Part shown: one piece after another, positions 55,950 through 64,000 of the stretch
Numbering within the stretch: the stretch's first letter is position 1
Layout of the letters: the number at the start of each line of letters is the position of its first letter
Source: Paramecium tetraurelia
Lineage: Eukaryota
Direction of reading: 5' to 3'
Assembly (NCBI GenBank): GCA_000165425.1
Contig: CT868119.1
Location: 124,001-188,000, forward strand
DNA: 64,000 nt
Program-made: the position numbers and the translations under genes
The notes under the pieces: model-generated
What the model was told of the DNA's origin: nothing
Databases searched by the model: none
The model's input: only the letters and a program-made list of their open reading frames with translations

Positions 55950-56366
55950 ATGGGTGCAGCATGTTGTACAGAATAGTTTGAGAAGGGGGGAGAATTAGAT
56001 ATAAAAATAGTTAAGTTAGATAATAATTAATAGTAAAATGGAAGTGGAACAGCTTCTATTTCAAAAGAATTTTTTGATAGTAAGGATAAAATGTAAGTAT
56101 AAATGGGGATTTGCTATTCATGCTAAGTATTGAAAATCACATGTGAATGCAAATGCATCCAAAAATTAAATGGAGATAAAGATGACGAAGAAATATATAT
56201 GCTTTCCTCTCGATCGCTGGACAGTTCATCTTCTGAATCACGTCCTGACGATACAAACACTAAAAAAACCATTTTAAAGCATTAATTACATTATGTTTCA
56301 AATGTATAATAGTTCCAAATTCCAATAAAAAAGAAGGTTAGATTCGATTTATCTAAGAAATAATGA
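55950..56366 (+). CDS. small putatively N-acylated protein (138 aa)
   Basis: Intronless frame MGAACCTEQ...KKTILKH...KKKVRFDLSKKQ-TGA. Confidence 0.75.
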
Positions 56367-56405
56367 TTAACTAATTTATTTTGTTTACTTAATATAAATA
56401 TACAA

Positions 56406-57190
56406 TCACTCCGCTTTCTATTTTTCCTCACTCTATGCAACTTCTTTAGGGGAGTTTTCAGCCTCTGATTCATCTTCCTCTTGTCCTTTAGATTAATCAT
56501 CTTCTACAACCTTTTATGTAACTTTATTTTTTTCCTTTTTTTATTTTTTATTTCTCTCAGGGACACAACAAACTAATAAATACACAATTTATTTACTTAT
56601 ATACGATAGTAAAACACCTACTAAAACAAAAGCTGCTAAAACAAGCCATTCCTTTGCTTCAAAAATAGATATATCAGGCAATTCTTGTTATTTATTTCTA
56701 TTTCTCTACCTCTTTCTTCCTCCCTCTTATTAATCACTTCCATCATCACCTCCCTCATACTCTTTTTTTTATTGATTAACCATATCATCTATAGACTTAA
56801 TTATTTTAAGAATTTCATTTTTTTTTGCACTCTTCTTTTTTGACCCATACTTTCTTAAATCAGCTTTATCGACTAAATGCTTATGTGCTTCTACATTGAT
56901 TTTTTATGATTGCAATTGTTGAATAATCTAACTATTGTAAATGTTCTTACCTCCATTGTTTACTGAGTCGTAATACTATCTAAACATTATTCAACTAAGG
57001 AAGCAACAGCAAACATTACTGCCTCTTCTTATGTTAATCCTTGTTGAATCATTTCCCCTACAGCCCTACCTGCTAACTCCTAATTAGATTGTAAATAGTA
57101 TCTAGAAAAGATGACGCAAGCTGCATTTGTCAATTATTGTTCATCCTACATTTGAGCATAAGCCAATGACAACACTATCAATATTAACAT
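56406..57190 (-). CDS. type I membrane protein (signal peptide, one TM, charged tail ending KQKAE)
   Basis: MLILIVLSLAYAQ, ACVIFSR..QCLDSI lumenal part, TM WLVLAAFVLVGVLL, tail to TGA at 56406. Confidence 0.7.
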
Positions 57191-57401
57191 TAATTAATTA
57201 TTAATATATTAATTCTAAAGTTGGATTCTAGTTTTTGTATTATATTACACGTAGATTTTTGGTTTTATAATCAAAAGCAAAAAATTATACCTCTAATGAA
57301 ACTATGTTGTTTGAAAAAATTGTTATGAGTAAGGTATTATTTAAATAAAATTTAAGTATTAATCAAAAAAATAAAATATGTAATTTATTAAAATAAATCA
57401 T

Positions 57402-60055
57402 TCATTAATTACAATATGATCTCCCTTTTCTTATTTTGGATACTTTCTAACCAAACTTCTAATTGAGTTACTTGAAAATTAGCAATTTTAAAATGAATTA
57501 AAGGTTATTATGGGGAAAATAATCAACATAATTCTAGACTTTATCAAAATCTTCCAAGGTTTAGGAGAAGTAACTTTCCCTTAGATACTATAATTATAGA
57601 TATTTTTCTGAGAATTATTATGCTTTAAATAATGATTTACGCTAGAATTAAACAATTGATTGTTTTTTTGAGTTTAACAATGTTATGGATTAAGATGGAC
57701 TTTGTGGAGTTCGAATTTATGTATTTTTTTTTGATTGTTTTTTTATTGATAAACTTGATTTTTATTATGGGTTGTGCATTTGTTCCTCTTCATATCTAAT
57801 TGAATTACTATCAGAAGGTTTATCTTTAATACTTGCTATTTCGGATTCACCATATAACTAAGTAAGACTCTTATCATCTTAGAACTCAAATGCAGAATTT
57901 TGAACTTCATCATTTTCTAATAAGGTTCGAAACTTGAATATCTTTCTTTCAAATTCCTAACGATCATTTTAGCGGCTAAAATTACTTTTTAAAATTTTGA
58001 TATAACAATTTGGTTTGTATTGTATCAACGGACACTTGATTGAAGAGTGATTTTTTTAATTACACATCTAGCAGCATTGTTTTAAAAGAGTAAAATCTTA
58101 TTTGAATATTAAGGAATCTTTGATCTTATGAAACCTTTAAAAGTCTCGAGAATTTTATTGAATTATCTTTAGAACTGACTCTCTATCAATTTTGAATAAT
58201 TCAGTAAATGAATTACTAATTGCTGCTTCAAGTGTACTTTATCCAGTAAAAAATTGGAACTCCCCAAATGTATCTCCTGGTTTCAATATCTTAATAATCT
58301 TTTAACTCTTTTCTTCAACAATATTTACTTCCCCTTCAACTATGTAGTACCTAGTTTACAGATATTAGTTACAGATGTTTATCAAATTTATCATTTAGAT
58401 GATATATAGGGTCCTTGGGAGTGACTTTCATTTAAATTAATTACTTAGAGATTAATCCATTTGAAGTATCAGAGAAGTTGTTTTAAAATATCTAGATTTT
58501 ATTTGAAATCTTATTCCTTATGTCTTAATTTATTTCATTCTATAAACCAACGGGTAATTAATTTAATATAGTTTATGTTTCTATATTATTATCCTAAGTT
58601 TCTTTTTCGTTATTATATTTGAAATAGTTCCGAACTCTTTGCTGTAAGGATTAATCTACAAAGAGTTTTTCCATATAAGAATTCAGCAATATTAGACCTC
58701 TTCTTTAATATATATGGATTTTATATACTTATATTTCGTTTTTTATTCATTTATACTTTTGACTGTCATTCCTATTTCATTTATCGAATAAGCAAACATG
58801 CAACTCGATAGTAACATAACAATAATTGAAAAAATAATTTCAATTTGATTTTTAGGTGTAATATCCCCATATCCTACCGTTGCAACAGTAGTGGTTGACC
58901 AGTAGAATGAATAATTATATTTAACCCAAATACTTTAATCAATTATTTCCTCTTTTTCTAGCCATGAACCATGCAAATTTTGGGTAATATCACCAATATA
59001 ATGCCATAAACACGCAATAAAATGAACAAAATAAGTAAGTGTTACAAATAGAGATATTAAATCTAGTAGATTCAAATCTATTCCTTTAATGTATAGCTTT
59101 TCTAACTAAGATTCATATTTAGCATATATGGATTTACATATTATTACTATCAAAATTAAACCTATAATTTCTCTAACATAGCTTATTGTAAAGAATTCCA
59201 AATACACTAAAATCCATAATAAAACTCGAATGATGACATTTTGTAAAGATTTACTTTAGTACTTAATGTTTTGATCAATTGATGCTTAATCCTTTGTCTA
59301 AGTTAATTCAATCAAATTTATCATTAAAGTATCTATTAAAATTGAGATTATAAAGTAAATTTCAATTCCCTTTAAATTATGATCATAAATTCCGAATGAT
59401 ATGATGAATGGACAATACCATAATTCTAATAATTGAGAAAAAAAAGAGCAAATCTCCCAAGTAGTAAAAAGTAGTTTAAATTATTTTAAAAAGTTGTTGA
59501 ACCATATAAGACATCTTTCTTAAGTACTTTAGAAAATCTTTAAACTTACATGATTTGAGAGAGCTTTACAAATACATAAAATAGATATAATTTTTTATTT
59601 TGATATTTATTGTTTGAAATTCTAGTTTCTCTCAAGTAAGCAATCATCTTGAAAGATTGATAATTGTTTCTAACTGTTTTTGAGAATATAAGCACTAGAA
59701 AACAAATTATTTTTGAATCTTTCAACATTTTGCGTTTTTCTCATTGTTTTCAATAAATTTACTGACGGATTAACAATTTTCTATGCTTTAGGTTTGGATT
59801 AGATATTTTCAAAATTAAGTGATTCAAGTTACCTTGATGAATTATAGCTTTCAATTTAGAGACTATTCTAATATTACTATGATATTTAAATAATTAAACC
59901 AAATTCCCAATTTTGTCAGGTTCTTGTGGTAAAACAGATTCATTAGAAGAATCTCTTTTAATATAGTGATCTATGTTATTGAGTTCAAATTAGTTAAATG
60001 GACCGATTATAGTATTGTTTATCAATCCATCATTTGTTCTATGACTAGAGATCAT
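57402..60055 (-). CDS. voltage-gated K+ channel with cyclic-nucleotide-binding domain (KCNH/CNBD type)
   Basis: Pore YSFYWSTTTVATVGYGDITP, FVHFIACLWHYIG, FAYSINEIG, CNBD YYIVEGEV..GDTFGEFQFFTG, C-terminal YFPHNN. Confidence 0.93.
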
Positions 60056-60099
60056 TATTTAACAAACAATAAGATAATAAAATAATATTTAAATTAACT

Positions 60100-61850
60100 C
60101 ATCTCTATTTTTTAATTAACTATATTTTAGTTGAATATCAAAATGTGGGCATAAAGAAATTAGTTAGGAGAAAAAAGGCAAACATAGTTTCTTTTATAAA
60201 TTTTAAAGTTTTTTTTCTTAATTTATTGAAAAATTATGTTCTTTATAAAATAGAGAAATATATTTAAATTAGAGCTGCTAAAGATATGAAATCGTAAGTA
60301 AAATATAGACTTCCCTAAAAAATATTAAATATTCATCTATAGACAATATTTTTCTGATCTACTTTAGATTGAAAAATAAATTTATGTATTAAAATTAAAT
60401 GAATATTTATAGGATTTAACCAACTCCATAAATTAATCTATATAATTTAGAAAAATCAGTTGATGTTACAAGAAGAAATTTAATTGAACTTTTAAAAATT
60501 ACTAATTTATTTAATAATAAACTCGAATAAAATTTACTCTAAACTTCTATTCAATTCAAAAGCCATCCATGGAGTAATTTTATTTTGAAATTTCTATAAA
60601 TATGATAGTTTGAAAAATATTATTTTAAAACAGACAATTCGAGATTAAAATTGAAGAGTAACTAATAAAATTAATATAAGAATTAAAGTTATTTTCTGAT
60701 TATAAATCATATCAATAGAGTTACAGAAGATACTTAAAGAATAATTGAGATAACAATACTCATAGGTAACTTGTAATATTAACTAAATTTAATATTATCA
60801 TGTTTAGAAAATAGGGGATTTTTATAATAATAAAAAGCGCTGTAGGGGTTGCATAGTTTGCTAGTATTTATGTAATCTTTATTCGTCGTTTTGATTTGTG
60901 ATGAATCTTATTAGTTGTAGAATTAAAAAGCAAAAAAAGTTATTATTTTTGACTCAACATTAGGATATATTTGATAGTAATTGAAATTAGTTGGTTATTG
61001 CTCATAAGAAAACAAAATCAGGAAAATTATTCAAAAAAATCAATAACCAAGCTAAATTTTTATAAAGAAATAAATGTTCATTAGTCATAATCACTCAAGA
61101 CAATTAAAGAACGAAAGAATACTTTAAATAAGAGCTCTTATATATTTATTAGTATTTAATTAGTTATATTACCTTCAAAGGCTGTTTAGATGCAATAAAT
61201 GTAATGTAATTTAAGAGCTATAATGTGAGTAAATATAATTTAAAAATTGAATCTCGTTTACAAGTTTATTTTATATAAACTTCATTTCAAAAGAATTAGA
61301 TTTTTGATTTAGGATCTGAAACAGAATTTTAGATGATTAATTAGATGTTCTTTTTGGACAAAAAAATCTAGAAAAATCTTCATATATTTTTTTAATTTTT
61401 AAGTATATCTCTATTCATTTTCAATAATAATTTAAAACTGATAAGATAAGCAATGAATATATGATTAATTCATATTAGAGTGTTATAAAATTAAGAAAAA
61501 CCTAATTGGAATCAATCTATTATTGTTTAACAAAATAATTAATATAAATTATTATTTATTTGTAAAAATTATTCAGATAATGGGATTATGTTTATCGAAA
61601 AAATAAGAATCTAAACAAAATATAATAGTAAGATTAGAGGATCATGTCAAAAAAATTGATTAAACTAATATTCATGATTAAGCCTTATTAATTTTATATA
61701 ATAGTAGAAATTTGAGAGTATAGCATTTAAATGAACCGATAATGAGTGCATTTAGTAAATAGTTTCAAAAAACATAAGAGCCTTCTCAAAAAAGCTCGGC
61801 ATGAAAATTGTTGAGATGGTGATTAAATGTGATTTTTATTAATATTTTCT
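60100..61850 (+). pseudogene. probable decayed coding remnant(s)
   Basis: 1.7 kb without an intact gene; codon-like stretches (LEKSVDVTRRNLIELLKITNLF) broken by TGA and frame changes. Confidence 0.35.
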
Positions 61851-61916
61851 AAATTTAAATAGATAATATAATTTAGTAATAATTATAACAATATAAGTAT
61901 ATCATCAAATTTAGAA

Positions 61917-62766
61917 ATGAAAAGGCTAGTATAGAGTACTGACTTTAATGTGGCAATTCCTATAAGTAGCACAAAACATGCAATTAATGATGGTTTTTTA
62001 GTTTATAAAATGATTGATAGATTACTATATGTTCCAAAAATATAAATGCTCTTCACCAGCAATTTTAGGGGATGTCTTTCGTTGTAATACACCAGTCTAA
62101 TCTTAACTATCACCTATCGAAAATTAATAAAAAAGTTGTTTTTCACTTTTATCAGACAACTTTGATATTTCTGTTAAAGATGTATCTCGAAAATATAATA
62201 ATGTATCTCGACAGTTAAGCATTTAAAAGGAAAATGAAGATGAAATAAATAAAATATAGAGAATTATCAAACAGGAATAAATTATTCTCGAAGAATAAGA
62301 AATTTTAAATAAAAAATTGAAAAATATCCGATTTGATACAAACAAAAAATTAGAAGAACTTGATCAATGTAAATCATATTAAAATATTTAAGAATATCTT
62401 AAAAGGAGATTAGAAATCATAAAATAATTATAATAATCAATAGGTTAATATATTAGCAACTCTAAAGATATTTAATTTAAAGAGCCTCCATTAAAAAGTG
62501 CACTAAAAAAAAAAGAAAATAAAAGATAACATACATAAGATAAATACGAAGATGGATTTAATGATGAAGATTCCTAAGATGATTGGAACTTTATACATTA
62601 AGCTAAAATAAACCTTGAAAAATAGCGAACTCATTAAAATACTGATGATGAACGAACTCCCTCCAAAGTTCGATTTGTTAGTACTAGAGATGCTAATTAA
62701 AAGAAGAAAATGCGAAAGAGCATTAATCTATCTGATCTAAATGTATTCATAAAATTTAGGCATTGA
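61917..62766 (+). CDS. hypothetical protein (273 aa) with coiled coil and KSALK/KVRF motifs
   Basis: MKRLVQSTDFNVAIP; one 28-nt intron restores an open frame to TGA at 62764. Confidence 0.7.
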
Positions 62767-62779
62767 CACAATTAAAAAA

Positions 62780-64000
62780 TCTATCAATAATGCAAATTCA
62801 ACAGTATGGCTTATGTTAATGAAGTCATTACTAAAAGAGAAGGTTTATATTCTATTATTCTTCGTTAAAATTATATTACAAAAGAGTTTCCTACTACTTA
62901 TTTCAATCTATATGTTTTATATTTTTCTTGCTATATTTTTAAGTATACTATTTCAACCATTTTCTTACTAATATTTTTGTGAATTACAATTATGATCTTA
63001 GTTTTTGATAAAAATGAATTAAATGTTGATATATTTCTTGGATATAAATATCAACACTTTCTTTTATGAATGATTTCTTTCAGAAGCATAGAGAATGATT
63101 GTGGATTTAACATAGTTGCCCTTAGGTATTAAATGAACACCTATAAGATAAATTCTTCAATTTATTATTTTTCTCGATTTATGTTTTGTAGTTTATACCT
63201 TAAAGAACCTTTATGATAAAGAAAAGCATAATATTATTAACCTATTTTTTAAGCAGCTATTATTATACTCCTAAATTTTATTCTTCCTTTTAGAAACGAA
63301 GAGCATGATTCTGATGAAAATAATCGCTTTAATTTAAATTCCTGTGAATAAAATAAAGAATCAAAGACTTGAAAAATTCAGCAAAACAAACTAATTTTCG
63401 AAGTAAAATTTTTATGCTTCTGAAACTTAAATTATACAAATATGGTCAAGTTAGCCTAAAGGAGGATTTTTAATATAAAATTTTTATTAATAATTATAAT
63501 TCCTATAAAAAGACATAATTTCTGGAATATATACAAAGTATCATCATCCATAGGACGAGAGGTGATGATAACTATTGTCTTTTAAGTTTTAAAAGTAACA
63601 GAGGGATTGAAAAAAAGAAACCATTCAATTTTAATAAATAGATCAACATTACGATATCACTCCTATTTATGTCAATAGAAATAAATTTATTAATTGATCA
63701 ATCTCAAGCTGTTCGATAGCCGTACTTTCCATACTTTAGACTTACTTAAACTTATATTTTGAAACTATGCAAAACAAAGGTTTAATTCCCATTTCATAGT
63801 TTATGAAAGTTTTATAAATCTTACATAAACTTGAAACTAAGCAACTAATATCTAATAATAATTTAATGATTACCGAAGTAGGCAAGATTATCATCCAATA
63901 TTTCCAAAAAATCTTATAGTAAAAAGCTAGAAGCTGTGCAGAAATTCAATATAACCCGTAATTTCCTTTAAAATCATCTTTCATTTTCTACAAAATAAAA
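62780..64000 (-). pseudogene. probable decayed coding remnant
   Basis: Protein-like fragments (MLNPQSFSMLLKEIIHK) but no continuous frame found. Confidence 0.3.

Overview
Very AT-rich, gene-dense eukaryotic DNA that reads as ciliate macronuclear sequence of the Paramecium type. The species assignment is inference. TAA/TAG encode Gln, TGA is the only stop, and genes carry tiny (~20-33 nt) GT..AG introns, so the supplied standard-code ORF track is mostly fragments or artefacts. Re-translating by hand gives about 35 genes. These include TRM3/TARBP1, asparagine synthetase, four trichocyst-matrix-like proteins, XMAP215/TOG, a DHHC acyltransferase, MFI/C11orf65, an RCC1-repeat protein, a Cys-rich surface protein, ZNF207, a cathepsin L-like protease, NDUFV2, CCT6, ASNSD1, an ankyrin protein, an M20 peptidase and a cyclic-nucleotide-binding K+ channel. 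There is also one tRNA-Cys, a 52-N gap and several decayed gene remnants. The most notable oddities are a tRNA-Cys(GCA) with paired A18/G55 substitutions and an extra anticodon-stem base, two +1 insertions in CCT6, stop-free 3n introns (one in the Asn synthetase PP-loop), and head-to-head genes with only 19-39 bp between start codons. No CRISPR array, transposon or telomeric repeat was seen. Gene ends were derived by eye and may be off where introns are ambiguous.
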